UHGV virus genome: UHGV-0106827
Strand: one strand, 5' to 3'
Origin: a virus
Length of the DNA: 35,998 bases
The translations under genes and the position numbers were made by a program. This document shows, one piece after another, positions 27,036 to 35,998 of the stretch. Position 1 is the first letter of the stretch; each line of letters opens with the position of its first letter. The notes under the pieces were generated by a model. It did no database searches and was not told where the DNA came from. It saw nothing but the letters and a program-made list of their open reading frames with translations.

Positions 27036-27596
27036 TTAGTGCATGATGTTTGCCATCTCATAGGCGTCAGCCAGCAACTCCATCTCTGACTTGTTCAGCA
27101 AGGTGAATTCTTTCTTGCCTCCAACCACACCATCGGCATGAACAGGGACCAGCCAGGGGTATTTTTCTCTTACTTCAGCCGGTGCTGCATGCTGGTGGTG
27201 CCATCTACAAAGGGGCAATTGCTTTTTGTGACAACCCGGCGCGGTACGACCGGAGATATGGTGCAGAGATACCTCTTCAGATATTACTCCATGCATGTGG
27301 CAGGCAATGCAGGGGAGAGCGCCAAGAGCATTGGCGATGCTCCGTTCCTCCGCTGTCGATGTTCGCCCCTTCAAGCCACGAGATTTTATCTTTACCGCAC
27401 TTTTCCGCGTTTTGCTGGCTGGTGGGCGCTCTTTCTGTTTAGCGATACGGCGGTCGATAGAATCCCGCATTTTCTGATATTGCGATTCTCGCCAGGCGGG
27501 GTCAGCCAACTTTTCCCGTTGCCGAGCGATCGCTCGTTCTCTGGCTGCCTTCTGCCACTCGCGGCGCTGTTCAAGTTTTTGTTCGATTGTTTTCAT
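27036..27596 (-). CDS. ref: Ref recombination enhancement function (HNH-type endonuclease)
   Basis: 186 aa from MKTIEQKLEQRR, the size I recall for P1 Ref; very basic N-terminus and C-terminal Cys/His cluster CIACHMHG...HHISGR...CHKKQLPLCRWHH; downstream of a C1 operator. Confidence 0.8.
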   Translation of the reverse strand: MKTIEQKLEQRREWQKAARERAIARQREKLADPAWRESQYQKMRDSIDRRIAKQKERPPASKTRKSAVKIKSRGLKGRTSTAEERSIANALGALPCIACHMHGVISEEVSLHHISGRTAPGCHKKQLPLCRWHHQHAAPAEVREKYPWLVPVHADGVVGGKKEFTLLNKSEMELLADAYEMANIMH

Positions 27597-27601
27597 ATGG
27601 C

Positions 27602-27627
27602 AAAAAAAAGGCGGCCTAATGGCCGCC
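27602..27627 (-). terminator. Terminator-like hairpin plus U8 tract in the ref leader (candidate attenuator)
   Basis: On the minus strand GGCGGCC-ATTA-GGCCGCC followed by TTTTTTTT, ending 5 nt before the ref ATG and about 55 nt downstream of the predicted promoter. Confidence 0.5.
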
Positions 27628-27687
27628 AATGATGTCAAGGAGTTAAGTAATGGCAACGTCTTCGTAGTTGACAAAAACTGCGGCTTA

Positions 27688-27696
27688 ATTATAGCA
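27688..27696 (-). promoter_or_regulatory. Extended -10 promoter (TGCTATAAT) for ref, overlapping a C1 operator
   Basis: Minus strand reads ATTGCTCTAATTGATTGCTATAAT; no good -35, consistent with an extended -10 promoter. Confidence 0.5.
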
Positions 27697-27711
27697 ATCA
27701 ATTAGAGCAAT
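27695..27711 (-). promoter_or_regulatory. C1 operator (14/17 to consensus) upstream of ref
   Basis: Minus strand ATTGCTCTAATTGATTG. Confidence 0.55.
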
Positions 27712-27842
27712 GGTAGATATTTTGTTAATCGCGAATCACATTTTTTCACTTCAGTACCTGTGTGCTATACTCCTTCTTGATTGATTGGATGCGGAATACA
27801 AACCCGCTCTTTTGTGCAGCCTGGCTCCTTGCCAGGCTTTTT

Positions 27843-28154
27843 TTATTTCATCATGGAAGCTGTTAACGCTTTGGATCTTGCTGAACTGATTGAAAGGGCA
27901 TTGTTTACCTTACCCAGGAGTTCGCCAAATTCCACCATCACTCTAGTAAGCCCGCGCCGCGCTTCCTCCTCCGTTGCATTCATCACAAAATGTTCAGCAC
28001 TCCGCATGCTTTTAACGGGGAACGCAACAGATATCGAGTCGATATCAGGCATCCTATCGCTCAACTTTACGGTGACAATGACAGATGGTGACTGAATTTG
28101 AGAGCTTACAGACAGCACCACATATTTTCCGTCTATTTTGAAATCCTTCCGCAT
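27843..28154 (-). CDS. Hypothetical protein between cre and ref (cra-like position)
   Basis: 103 aa; a C1 operator and a TTGATT-15-TATTTA promoter-like sequence lie immediately upstream; the mRNA would be nearly leaderless. Confidence 0.4.
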   Translation of the reverse strand: MRKDFKIDGKYVVLSVSSQIQSPSVIVTVKLSDRMPDIDSISVAFPVKSMRSAEHFVMNATEEEARRGLTRVMVEFGELLGKVNNALSISSARSKALTASMMK

Positions 28155-28170
28155 GCGTCACCATAAATAT

Positions 28171-28187
28171 CAAATAATTAGAGCAAT
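28171..28187 (-). promoter_or_regulatory. C1 operator (14/17) between cre and the cra-like gene
   Basis: Minus strand ATTGCTCTAATTATTTG. Confidence 0.55.
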
Positions 28188-28204
28188 CAAGCGCAAATGA
28201 ACGG

Positions 28205-29236
28205 CTAATCGCCATCTTCCAGCAGGCGCACCATTGCCCCCGTTTCACTATCCAGGTTACGGATATAGTTCATGACAATATTTACGTTGGTCCAGCCACC
28301 AGCTTGCATGATCTCCGGTATTGAAACTCCGGCGCGGGCCATATCTCGCGCGGCTCCGACACGGGCACTGTGTCCAGACCAGGCCAGGTATCTCTGACCA
28401 GAGTCATCCTTAGCGCCGTAAATCAATCGATGAGTTGCTTCAAAAATCCCTTCCAGGGCGCGAGTTGATAGCTGGCTGGTGGCAGATGGCGCGGCAACAC
28501 CATTTTTTCTGACACGGCAAAACAAGTAGTTATTCGGATCATCAGCCACACCAGAGACAGAAATCCATCGCTCGACCAGTTTAGTTACCCCCAGGCTAAG
28601 TGCCTTCTCTACACCTGCGGTGCTAACCAGCGTTTTCGTTCTGCCAATATGGATTAACATTCTCCCACCGTCAGTACGTGAGATATCTTTAACCCTGATC
28701 CTGGCAATTTCGGCTATACGTAATAGGGTGTTATAAGCAATCCCCAGAAATGCCAGATTACGTATATCCTGGCAGCGATCGCTATTTTCCATGAGTGAAC
28801 GAACCTGGTCGAAATCAGTGCGTTCGAACGCCAGTGCCTGTTTTGCACGTTCACCGGCATCAACGTTTTCTTTTCGGATCCGCCGCATAACCAGTGAAAC
28901 AGCATTGCTGTCACTTGGTCGTGGCAGCCCGGACCGACGATGAAGCATGTTTAGCTGGCCCAAATGTTGCTGGATAGTTTTTACTGCCAGACCGCGCGCC
29001 TGAAGATATAGAAGATAATCGCGAACATCTTCAGGTTCTGCGGGAAACCATTTCCGGTTATTCAACTTGCACCATGCCGCCCACGACCGGCAAACGGACA
29101 GAAGCATTTTCCAGGTATGCTCAGAAAACGCTTGGCGATCCCTGAACATGTCCATCAGGTTCTTGCGAACCTCATCACTCGTTGCATCGACCGGTAATGC
29201 AGGCAAATTTTGGTGTACGGTCAGTAAATTGGACAT
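28205..29236 (-). CDS. cre: Cre tyrosine site-specific recombinase
   Basis: 343 aa, MSNLLTVHQNLPALPVDATSDEVRKNLMDMFRDRQAFSEHTWKMLLSVCRSW... ending ...MVRLLEDGD: the Cre sequence as I recall it, adjacent to loxP. Confidence 0.97.
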   Translation of the reverse strand: MSNLLTVHQNLPALPVDATSDEVRKNLMDMFRDRQAFSEHTWKMLLSVCRSWAAWCKLNNRKWFPAEPEDVRDYLLYLQARGLAVKTIQQHLGQLNMLHRRSGLPRPSDSNAVSLVMRRIRKENVDAGERAKQALAFERTDFDQVRSLMENSDRCQDIRNLAFLGIAYNTLLRIAEIARIRVKDISRTDGGRMLIHIGRTKTLVSTAGVEKALSLGVTKLVERWISVSGVADDPNNYLFCRVRKNGVAAPSATSQLSTRALEGIFEATHRLIYGAKDDSGQRYLAWSGHSARVGAARDMARAGVSIPEIMQAGGWTNVNIVMNYIRNLDSETGAMVRLLEDGD

Positions 29237-29497
29237 TTAACACTCAGATAATGGTTTTAAGTAAAGTGTACAGGATCGGCTCTGCCTTTACCTGTTTATG
29301 GTTCTCGTCATAGAAACGCCAGCGACCGCGCGTGCGTTCTATTTTCTCTTCACCGCGCGATAATGACAGTTGACAACTATCACGATCAAACCCTTTTGCC
29401 CGCCAGTAACCACGGTTTTTCTCAAGCTCAAGATGAGTGGACACTTTAGCAGTTGAATATCCCATTTTTCACCTCTGATTGATTGGTGGTGCTAAGT

Positions 29498-29556
29498 GCG
29501 CTACGCGAAATCTGTAGGACTAACACCGCCAATTTTTCACAGATTTTACGTAGCGC
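29498..29556. repeat. 18-bp inverted repeat with 23-bp spacer upstream of cre
   Basis: GCGCTACGCGAAATCTGT ... ACAGATTTTACGTAGCGC, 16/18 complementary. Confidence 0.5.
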
Positions 29557-29562
29557 AACCTT

Positions 29563-29635
29563 GATCAAATGATCAAGTGATCACTATTTGACCTGCCAAG
29601 GTATTGAACTGTATGGATTTACAGGTAAATTGATC
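29563..29635. promoter_or_regulatory. Cluster of four Dam (GATC) sites in the cre upstream region
   Basis: TTGATCAAATGATCAAGTGATCAC plus a fourth TGATCA; I recall cre promoters being modulated by Dam methylation in P1. Confidence 0.5.
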
Positions 29636-29654
29636 ATATTCAATAACCCTTAAT

Positions 29655-29688
29655 ATAACTTCGTATAATGTATGCTATACGAAGTTAT
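29655..29688 (+). other. loxP recombination site
   Basis: Exact 34-bp ATAACTTCGTATA-ATGTATGC-TATACGAAGTTAT. Confidence 0.98.
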
Positions 29689-29731
29689 TAGGTCTGAAGA
29701 GGAGTTTACGTCCAGCTGCGCATAAAAATCA

Positions 29732-29748
29732 AGAATTATTAGAGCAAT
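29732..29748 (-). promoter_or_regulatory. C1 operator (15/17), Op99 region
   Basis: Minus strand ATTGCTCTAATAATTCT. Confidence 0.6.
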
Positions 29749-29808
29749 AAATTTTGAGAGAAAAATCCCACTCCACCAGCCAAAAACTGGATTGTTTTTC
29801 ATAGTTGT

Positions 29809-29835
29809 TTGACAATTGCTCTAATAAATTATAGT
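29809..29835 (+). promoter_or_regulatory. C1-repressible promoter: -35 TTGACA, operator ATTGCTCTAATAAATTA in the spacer, -10 TATAGT
   Basis: 16/17 operator match at 29815-29831 flanked by near-consensus -35 and -10 hexamers; reads towards coi and c1. Confidence 0.6.
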
Positions 29836-30069
29836 TTTGCCGCCGTTTCGTAATACGACTTTGGATTCACTATTTAATGTGTCTTCAGCGTTGTAGAGCG
29901 GCTCAGAAGGAAATGAGCAAACAGGGAAACCTTATACAACGGCATTACAGCTATGCATTGCTCATCTTACACACAGCGCAATGTTGTTAGATTACCCCAG
30001 CATGGATCATGGGTGAAACAGTAGGTCAGAGCTTCAGGCTCTGTGTTGTCAATACAGTGAGGCATAATT

Positions 30070-30279
30070 ATGGCTTTCATTCCACCAACCATCGACGACG
30101 TTAGACATTGCTCTAACGCTTTATCTGTAGACCCCGCCGAAACCGACGCTGCCCGCGCCATTGCTGAACACTACTCAAAGATATCCAATCAGGAGTACCG
30201 CATCACCCAAGACGACCTGGATGATCTCACTGACACAATCGAATATCTCATGGCCACTAACCAGCCAGACTCACAATAA
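30070..30279 (+). CDS. coi: Coi (C1 inactivator)
   Basis: 69 aa ORF immediately upstream of c1, matching P1 Coi in size and position. Confidence 0.75.
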   Translation: MAFIPPTIDDVRHCSNALSVDPAETDAARAIAEHYSKISNQEYRITQDDLDDLTDTIEYLMATNQPDSQ

Positions 30280-30295
30280 ATGCACTAATAAATCT
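30279..30295 (+). promoter_or_regulatory. C1 operator-like site (14/17) between coi and c1
   Basis: AATGCACTAATAAATCT directly after the coi stop, upstream of a TATAAT at 30317-30322. Confidence 0.4.
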
Positions 30296-30324
30296 ATTAT
30301 TTTCGTTGGATCCTTCTATAATGG

Positions 30325-30367
30325 TGGCCAACAACTCCCAGTGTAATCCGCTGTGAGTTGTTGGCCA
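30325..30367 (+). other. 13-bp perfect inverted repeat (stem-loop) in the c1 leader
   Basis: TGGCCAACAACTC ... GAGTTGTTGGCCA with a 17-nt loop, between the TATAAT (30317-30322) and the c1 RBS GGAGGAGGA. Confidence 0.55.
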
Positions 30368-30389
30368 TGTCAATTCTGGAGGAGGATCA

Positions 30390-31241
30390 ATGATAAATTA
30401 TGTCTACGGCGAACAACTGTACCAGGAGTTCGTCAGCTTCAGGGATCTCTTTCTAAAAAAAGCTGTTGCACGCGCCCAACACGTTGATGCCGCCAGCGAC
30501 GGTCGTCCTGTTCGCCCGGTTGTCGTTCTGCCGTTCAAAGAAACGGACAGCATTCAGGCTGAAATTGATAAATGGACTTTAATGGCGCGGGAACTGGAAC
30601 AGTACCCAGACCTCAATATCCCAAAGACTATTTTATATCCAGTGCCTAACATCCTTCGCGGTGTGCGTAAGGTTACGACTTATCAGACAGAAGCTGTGAA
30701 CAGCGTCAACATGACCGCTGGCCGCATTATTCATCTGATTGATAAGGACATTCGCATCCAGAAAAGCGCGGGGATCAATGAGCACAGTGCGAAATACATA
30801 GAGAACCTGGAAGCAACAAAAGAGCTAATGAAGCAGTACCCGGAGGATGAAAAATTCCGTATGCGTGTACACGGCTTTAGCGAAACAATGCTACGCGTCC
30901 ATTACATTTCCAGTAGCCCTAACTACAATGATGGTAAATCAGTTAGTTACCATGTGCCGCTGTGTGGTGTGTTTATCTGCGATGAAACTCTCCGTGATGG
31001 AATCATCATCAACGGTGAATTCGAGAAAGCAAAATTTAGCCTTTATGACTCCATAGAACCGATCATCTGCGACCGCTGGCCGCAGGCAAAAATATATCGC
31101 CTGGCAGATATTGAAAATGTAAAAAAACAAATTGCCATCACTCGCGAAGAGAAAAAGGTCAAATCAGCCGCATCAGTTACGCGCAGCCGTAAAACTAAGA
31201 AGGGGCAGCCGGTAAACGACAACCCCGAAAGCGCGCAATAG
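30390..31241 (+). CDS. c1: C1 repressor of lysogeny
   Basis: 283 aa (P1 C1 size), strong RBS, next to coi and surrounded by operators matching its binding consensus. Confidence 0.9.
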   Translation: MINYVYGEQLYQEFVSFRDLFLKKAVARAQHVDAASDGRPVRPVVVLPFKETDSIQAEIDKWTLMARELEQYPDLNIPKTILYPVPNILRGVRKVTTYQTEAVNSVNMTAGRIIHLIDKDIRIQKSAGINEHSAKYIENLEATKELMKQYPEDEKFRMRVHGFSETMLRVHYISSSPNYNDGKSVSYHVPLCGVFICDETLRDGIIINGEFEKAKFSLYDSIEPIICDRWPQAKIYRLADIENVKKQIAITREEKKVKSAASVTRSRKTKKGQPVNDNPESAQ

Positions 31242-31265
31242 TTTCTATCCGGCATGGTCAATGAG

Positions 31266-32750
31266 TTATTCATTAAGCCATGCCAGAGCTTCATCAACCT
31301 GCGCTTCGTCTTCGACGCTAAGCACTTCATCCTGGGGAACATAATCCGCCAGCATAGCGAAACAATATGTATCCCAATGGTCTGGTGAGTGCAGGTTGAG
31401 TTTTTTCTTCATATCCTCCTTACTCATCACCTTCCATTGACCTGCGGAGTTAATCCCTACAGGGATTTTCGACGCTTCCTCAATAGTTTCATTACCCTTA
31501 TCCAGTCTCATACGACCAGATTTTACGGCCTCTGCGGCTTGAACGTTGGCATAAGCACGTTTATCAAAGTACAGGCTCTTATCTTCACGGCTATGCATCT
31601 TTTTACCCCAGCGTATACGCTGTACGGTAATACCATAATACTCGTACATCAGATCCGCCGTTGCTTTACCCAGGCCATCGCCGTCTATCGCTATGGTGAT
31701 ATTTGGGAATCGCTCAGGATTACATTCTGCGAAAATTTTGGCGGCAAGCTGCGTTTCTGTAACGTCTGTGTATTCCAGCATTCGATAGTTGATTACACGG
31801 CGTTTATTTCGCTGGCCGGACACCATCATGATATTGATAACGGACTTATCCCGTCCCGTACCACCAGCAACGTCCACACATGCAAGCCAGCCCCATCCTT
31901 TTGCAATCTTGACTTTCCGCCGCGTTGCACGTTCAACCTCATCACGTCCAAGAAGGAAGCCATCCTGTGATTTAGGGAATAGGCCGCGTACCTTAATCAT
32001 GTACATAGGGTTATCACGCCCGCCGTACTCCGCCAGCTTCATTTTGATAAATGCTGGCGTTACCAACGGTGATTCCTCACTGTTAAGCGTGATCGCCGTA
32101 TAAACGCCATCAGGGTTACCAGGACGCTTGGCCAGTTTATGGTGTGTATCGTAGAAATAGCCGCTTGGGCGTGTAGGCTGTGACAGCAATAAGATGCGGT
32201 TATCCTGTCCGGTAAGAGCACCGGTGATGATACCGAAAGCTCTATCACTGACACCGGAGGCTTCATCGATAATATACAGAAGATGATCTGCGTGTTCACC
32301 GGCGAGAGCTTCTTCACTTCCCAGACGAAAGCCCTTCGGTACTACAGTCCATACACCTTTACCAGTAATCTCATAGAAAGCGGTTTCTGTCAGAACAAAA
32401 TAATCAGCAAGCCATGGGAAACGGCTGGTGGCAGTAGCCCAGTTTATCTTGATGTACTTGAATATACCGGTCATTACCTGCTGAATTTTGTTCGCAACGA
32501 TAATGGCACGGGCACCTGGATACATGATTATGAACAACATGATCATGATAGAAGTCATGTCTGATTTCCCGGTACCGTGACCAGACGAAACAGATGTCTT
32601 GCTACCCTGTTCCTGCACAGACTCAATAATCAGATCCTGCTGCCAGGTAGGTGTTTTGCCGAACAAAACATCAGCGGCCGCAATCCAGTCATAACGATAT
32701 AGCGCCACCAGCTCGCGCCAACGTGGATCCGTTACGCAACTTCTGGCCAT
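31266..32750 (-). CDS. pacB: PacB terminase large subunit
   Basis: 494 aa; Walker [11 protein letters not shown], Walker [10 protein letters not shown]-terminal nuclease region; start overlaps the pacA stop (TAATG). Confidence 0.9.
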   Translation of the reverse strand: MARSCVTDPRWRELVALYRYDWIAAADVLFGKTPTWQQDLIIESVQEQGSKTSVSSGHGTGKSDMTSIMIMLFIIMYPGARAIIVANKIQQVMTGIFKYIKINWATATSRFPWLADYFVLTETAFYEITGKGVWTVVPKGFRLGSEEALAGEHADHLLYIIDEASGVSDRAFGIITGALTGQDNRILLLSQPTRPSGYFYDTHHKLAKRPGNPDGVYTAITLNSEESPLVTPAFIKMKLAEYGGRDNPMYMIKVRGLFPKSQDGFLLGRDEVERATRRKVKIAKGWGWLACVDVAGGTGRDKSVINIMMVSGQRNKRRVINYRMLEYTDVTETQLAAKIFAECNPERFPNITIAIDGDGLGKATADLMYEYYGITVQRIRWGKKMHSREDKSLYFDKRAYANVQAAEAVKSGRMRLDKGNETIEEASKIPVGINSAGQWKVMSKEDMKKKLNLHSPDHWDTYCFAMLADYVPQDEVLSVEDEAQVDEALAWLNE

Positions 32751-33943
32751 TAATCATCATCCCCGTATAGCTTGCGGGTAACTTCTTCGTCTTCCTCCTC
32801 GTCTTCGTCCAGGTCTTGTTCCAGCCATGGGTCGTTTGATACACCTTCAGTATCAACATCTCCATAACCGCCTGTATCAACGATATCGGCGATTTCTTCC
32901 CTACGCTGCTCAATCCACAATGCGGCATCGGCGCGGCGGTTGGCGGCCCGTTCTCGCGCAACTTTGTCCAGATCTTCAAGAGAAGGGCCACCGACGGCTG
33001 TTTGCCTTTCCTCATCATCGGTATTGGTCTTAGGAGCACGCAGATCGGCTTTGATTTGCTCCAGCATCAGGGGCGGCACTTTCCCGCCATGCGCCTCGAT
33101 GAATTCAGCTGCTTCCAGCACTGACCAGTTATTTTCACGCTTTCGTTCGTATGCCAGCTTAACAATGCCAGCTTGCCCCATAGACAAAGCGTGCTTTTCC
33201 GCCTCCCGGCTTTCTTTTCGATAGTTATTCCGGATGCTGTAAATGGTGTTGATCAGGCTGCTTATCTGCGCGGAACAGCTGTTTAGCATGCTCGCGATAC
33301 GGTATTCAGGCGGAGTACCTTCATCATCGTCTTTTTGCTGATCGCGCATTTCCTGCACCAGGCGAATACACGTATCCCTGGCGTTCTCCAGCATAAGGAG
33401 ATGAGAAAGAGACTTTTCCAGAAGAGTGGTTTCCAGAACATCGGCCCCGGACCGACGCAACATAGCGCGCGCGGCCTTCCGCGCTTCAACGTTATCTATC
33501 AGGTAATCGCCAGCTTCGAATTCAAAGCGTTCACCATCATCATCCAGGGTGTCGCGTTCCAGGCGATCACGTAAGGTCCGGTGGGCGCGGGTGATCACGT
33601 CATGATCATCAGAACGATCATTTATGCGCTTATTCTGGCGCTTCGCGTTCTCGACTGCGGCACTGACAACAGCATTAACTCTTTGTTTTTCAGCCATTTC
33701 AGCCACAATGTGATCACCTGCACGTTGATCATTAGCGTGATCAATGATCATGCTTTTTAGTGGTTTTCTGACAGGCTTATTTGGCTTACGGCTGTCCGCT
33801 GTTCCGGTGTCTTCTTTGAATGCACGGAGATAACGACGTGCGGTGTTTGGGTTGAGATTAAACTCGGCGGCATATTGTGCGATGGTGTAACCACCATCTC
33901 GCGCCAGGCGAGCAAAATTCTTCTTGTGATCGTCCCAGGTCAC
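32750..33943 (-). CDS. pacA: PacA terminase small subunit (pac-recognition)
   Basis: 397 aa, GTG start; N-terminal HTH-like region, acidic C-terminus; contains the pac hexamer cluster. Confidence 0.9.
   Translation of the reverse strand: MTWDDHKKNFARLARDGGYTIAQYAAEFNLNPNTARRYLRAFKEDTGTADSRKPNKPVRKPLKSMIIDHANDQRAGDHIVAEMAEKQRVNAVVSAAVENAKRQNKRINDRSDDHDVITRAHRTLRDRLERDTLDDDGERFEFEAGDYLIDNVEARKAARAMLRRSGADVLETTLLEKSLSHLLMLENARDTCIRLVQEMRDQQKDDDEGTPPEYRIASMLNSCSAQISSLINTIYSIRNNYRKESREAEKHALSMGQAGIVKLAYERKRENNWSVLEAAEFIEAHGGKVPPLMLEQIKADLRAPKTNTDDEERQTAVGGPSLEDLDKVARERAANRRADAALWIEQRREEIADIVDTGGYGDVDTEGVSNDPWLEQDLDEDEEEDEEVTRKLYGDDD
33592..33751. other. pac packaging site: two clusters of TGATCA hexamers inside the pacA 5' region
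   Basis: Three hexamers at 33592-33620 and four at 33711-33751, about 90 bp apart, each with a Dam GATC; matches the described P1 pac architecture. Confidence 0.75.
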
Positions 33944-33986
33944 TTATGCTTCCTTTCGTATAAAACTCTTTTTGACGCGAGGGTAA

Positions 33987-33998
33987 CGAAAGTCACAT
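33987..33998 (-). promoter_or_regulatory. Candidate late-promoter box (ATGTGACTTTCG on the minus strand) upstream of pacA
   Basis: Shares the GTGACTTT core with the lydA/lyz/prt boxes, about 43 nt upstream of the pacA GTG. Confidence 0.3.
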
Positions 33999-34029
33999 GT
34001 CAAAAGGCCCGGAACGGGCAAGCAATCAA

Positions 34030-34482
34030 TCAGATACGTGCGGATGTGGCATTACCGTAATGACGGTGCTGACGGACCACCTTATTGAAAAGTTGACGCG
34101 CCATCACCCAAGGCTGGTGCTCCCGGCGTTCCTTTTCGTCCTGCGTCATATAGAGTTCGTTCTGGAGTTTTTCATCAAACCGGCGCGGAGCGCGGCTGCG
34201 GCGAAAGAATTCAGGATTCAGAGAGTGGATCTGAAATCTACGTGGGCGTGTACTGTCATCAATCAAAACAGACGAATACTTAGACACAGCGATAGCCTTT
34301 AAGCGCAGATAAACATCGCGCTTATCGACATCCAGATGCGGGTATTCCTTTTCAAGAATTGCTGCGAGATCTTTCGCTGATAGAAGAGATTTAGTGCGGA
34401 TCATGTAATCCGCAATCTCGTACGATGTTATTCGTGAGTGATTTATTTCCATGAAGTGGCGTCCCTGCCAGTTAAGTAACAT
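34030..34482 (-). CDS. lpa: Lpa late promoter activator
   Basis: 150 aa; AGGTGA SD; a C1 operator lies about 70 nt upstream and the gene directly precedes pacA, as for P1 gene 10. Confidence 0.6.
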   Translation of the reverse strand: MLLNWQGRHFMEINHSRITSYEIADYMIRTKSLLSAKDLAAILEKEYPHLDVDKRDVYLRLKAIAVSKYSSVLIDDSTRPRRFQIHSLNPEFFRRSRAPRRFDEKLQNELYMTQDEKERREHQPWVMARQLFNKVVRQHRHYGNATSARI

Positions 34483-34552
34483 CCTGTCACCTACTGATTA
34501 GCCCATGTCAACTAATCAACGTCGAATATAATACCCTCGATTAAAGAAATAG

Positions 34553-34569
34553 CAATACATTAGAGCAAT
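34553..34569 (-). promoter_or_regulatory. C1 operator (14/17) upstream of lpa
   Basis: Minus strand ATTGCTCTAATGTATTG. Confidence 0.55.
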
Positions 34570-34570
34570 T

Positions 34571-35614
34571 TTATCTAACGCTCGACGAATGACTTGTGAT
34601 AGCGCCGACTCCAAGCGCGTAATCAAAGAACAATCGTTGATGCATCGCCAGCCTACCGTGCGTCTTCTCCCAATTATCGCGGTCACGCTCAATATCACGC
34701 TGGCATGACTGGCACAGAGGAACAGCATAAATGTCATGCGCGCATAATCGACTATGACGAACGATATAAGGCGTAATGTGAGCGCCAGCTCCCGCAGCTC
34801 CACAGCCACAGCATGGACGGGAAGCCACAAAATCCATGTACTCGGGCAATTTTAGCGATTGAAGTTTTGGTATTTTGAAATGCGCCATGCCAGGGTCGGC
34901 GTCAACATCCACAGGGCATACTTTTGCACGCATCGGCGCGGCGCGTTCTTCCATCATCTGAACATATGCTGTAGCGCGATCGTCATACGGGCGAATATCC
35001 GCCTCTTTCAGAGGTCCGCTATCCTGCGGAGTAGCCTTCATCTTATTTATTGATATGCGGCAGACTTCTTCCGGCATCAGGTGCATCATGTTGCGCATGA
35101 AAGCCCACCAGCACAGCTCCTGAATACTTAAATCATGGCTATTTGAAAGGCCCATTTCCTGACGGGCGACATCCAGTATCCAGTTAACGCGATTATTGTG
35201 CAGCGTTTCTTTCAGCTCATTAAAACCACGCATCCGGTAATGGTTATCGTGATGCCAGCACAACAACACCGCGCTATTGTCTCGTTCAGCGTGGACAATA
35301 TGGTTGTCACACCAACTACGATCTGCGGCCTGGCATTGACCCTCTTTCCTACGCAACCACGCCACCAGCGCGTCAATTCCACCAATACGGCGAAACAGTT
35401 CATCGCTGTTAAAAAACGGCTGCAACGCCTCATTTGTTGCCATGGTTTGCTCGGTAACAACGAGGCCGTCTTCCATGTGCTCGATTAACTCACGCGGCAC
35501 CGGCTCCATAATAAATTTACGGCCAGCCTCCACCAGTTTTCTGACCTCCTGATCCACTTTGAACGTGGCGAGGCCAAGCTCTTTCTGTACAAAGGGAGTA
35601 ATTACGGCTTTCAC
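34571..35614 (-). CDS. Hypothetical protein with C-terminal Cys-rich (zinc-ribbon/HNH-like) cluster
   Basis: 347 aa; C-terminal [40 protein letters not shown]. Confidence 0.55.
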   Translation of the reverse strand: MKAVITPFVQKELGLATFKVDQEVRKLVEAGRKFIMEPVPRELIEHMEDGLVVTEQTMATNEALQPFFNSDELFRRIGGIDALVAWLRRKEGQCQAADRSWCDNHIVHAERDNSAVLLCWHHDNHYRMRGFNELKETLHNNRVNWILDVARQEMGLSNSHDLSIQELCWWAFMRNMMHLMPEEVCRISINKMKATPQDSGPLKEADIRPYDDRATAYVQMMEERAAPMRAKVCPVDVDADPGMAHFKIPKLQSLKLPEYMDFVASRPCCGCGAAGAGAHITPYIVRHSRLCAHDIYAVPLCQSCQRDIERDRDNWEKTHGRLAMHQRLFFDYALGVGAITSHSSSVR

Positions 35615-35641
35615 ATCACACCTTTAATCACTGATTGGGCT

Positions 35642-35842
35642 TTATCTGCTGCCCGGCATTCTCTGTTTAAGCACAACCATTTCCTGACGGCATAACACAG
35701 CAATAGCGGTCCTGACTCCAATTTGCTTACCAACCAGGTATTGCTTTACCTTGCGGCGACTCACGCCATCAAGAAGCATCTTTAACGCTTCACGGGACAA
35801 TTTGTTGTATTTGCGTGCCATTAATCTACTCCGCAGAACCAT
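35642..35842 (-). CDS. Small basic protein, possible HTH
   Basis: 66 aa; its ATG overlaps the stop of an upstream partial ORF. Confidence 0.4.
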   Translation of the reverse strand: MVLRSRLMARKYNKLSREALKMLLDGVSRRKVKQYLVGKQIGVRTAIAVLCRQEMVVLKQRMPGSR

Positions 35843-35998
35843 ACAATCTACGTAACGTGTCGGCGACAGAAGATACAGATATCTCGCCAGTCGCAGCGCC
35901 TACAGTAAGGTCTGCCAGTTCAGGTGAATCAAATACCTGCACCCCGTTACGGCGTAGAAATAGCAGCGCACTGTTTAGCGCGGTACGCTTATTGGCAT
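35826..35998 (-). CDS. C-terminal end of a gene that starts beyond the right edge
   Basis: Open frame entering from the right edge, ending at TAG 35826-35828 (...VADTLRRLYGSAE*), coupled to the 66-aa ORF. Confidence 0.3.
   Translation of the reverse strand, partial: ANKRTALNSALLFLRRNGVQVFDSPELADLTVGAATGEISVSSVADTLRRLYGSAE

Noticed and set aside
28054-28248. 64-aa minus-strand ORF overlapping the cre 3' end
   Set aside because: It overlaps cre and the C1 operator; the non-overlapping 103-aa ORF downstream is the better gene model.
29244-29465. 73-aa minus-strand ORF immediately upstream of cre
   Set aside because: It overlaps the cre promoter/regulatory region and has no convincing RBS or motif.
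29913-29990. 25-aa ORF between the Op99 promoter and coi (possible imc-type peptide)
   Set aside because: The SD-like AAGGA sits only 1-2 nt from the ATG and the ORF is very short; cannot be supported from sequence alone.
33875-34060. 61-aa plus-strand ORF spanning the pacA start and lpa end
   Set aside because: Antisense to two supported genes and their intergenic promoter; TTG start without RBS.

Overview
This window is a near-complete stretch of a P1-like temperate phage/phage-plasmid, read as the reverse complement of the conventional P1 map. I recognise Cre plus a canonical 34-bp loxP, C1 and Coi, PacA/PacB with the GATC-hexamer pac site, Cin with a cix crossover site, the dar antirestriction operon, DarB, SSB, the Lyz endolysin, portal and protease, Ref and Lpa. 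Left to right the order is: tail-fibre C-segment (partial), cin, lydA-lydB-hdf-darA-ddrA-ddrB, a three-gene minus-strand operon, ssb, lyz, pro, prt, darB, two small genes, an AT-rich island, mat-like, ref, cra-like, cre, loxP, the C1 operator cluster, coi, c1, pacB, pacA, lpa. The most interesting feature is a standalone SIR2-like (ThsA-type) gene at 24844-26148 in an AT-rich island between darB and ref, where, from my recollection of the P1 map, the EcoP1I res/mod genes sit; I see no res/mod homologues in the window. The second is a PacB paralogue (10251-11345) that has lost its Walker A lysine and Walker B acidic residues and lacks the nuclease domain. No IS1, tRNA, rRNA or CRISPR array was seen. 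All calls rest on reading the sequence and recalled family knowledge; no database search was run, and coordinates of small sites may be off by 1-2 bp.
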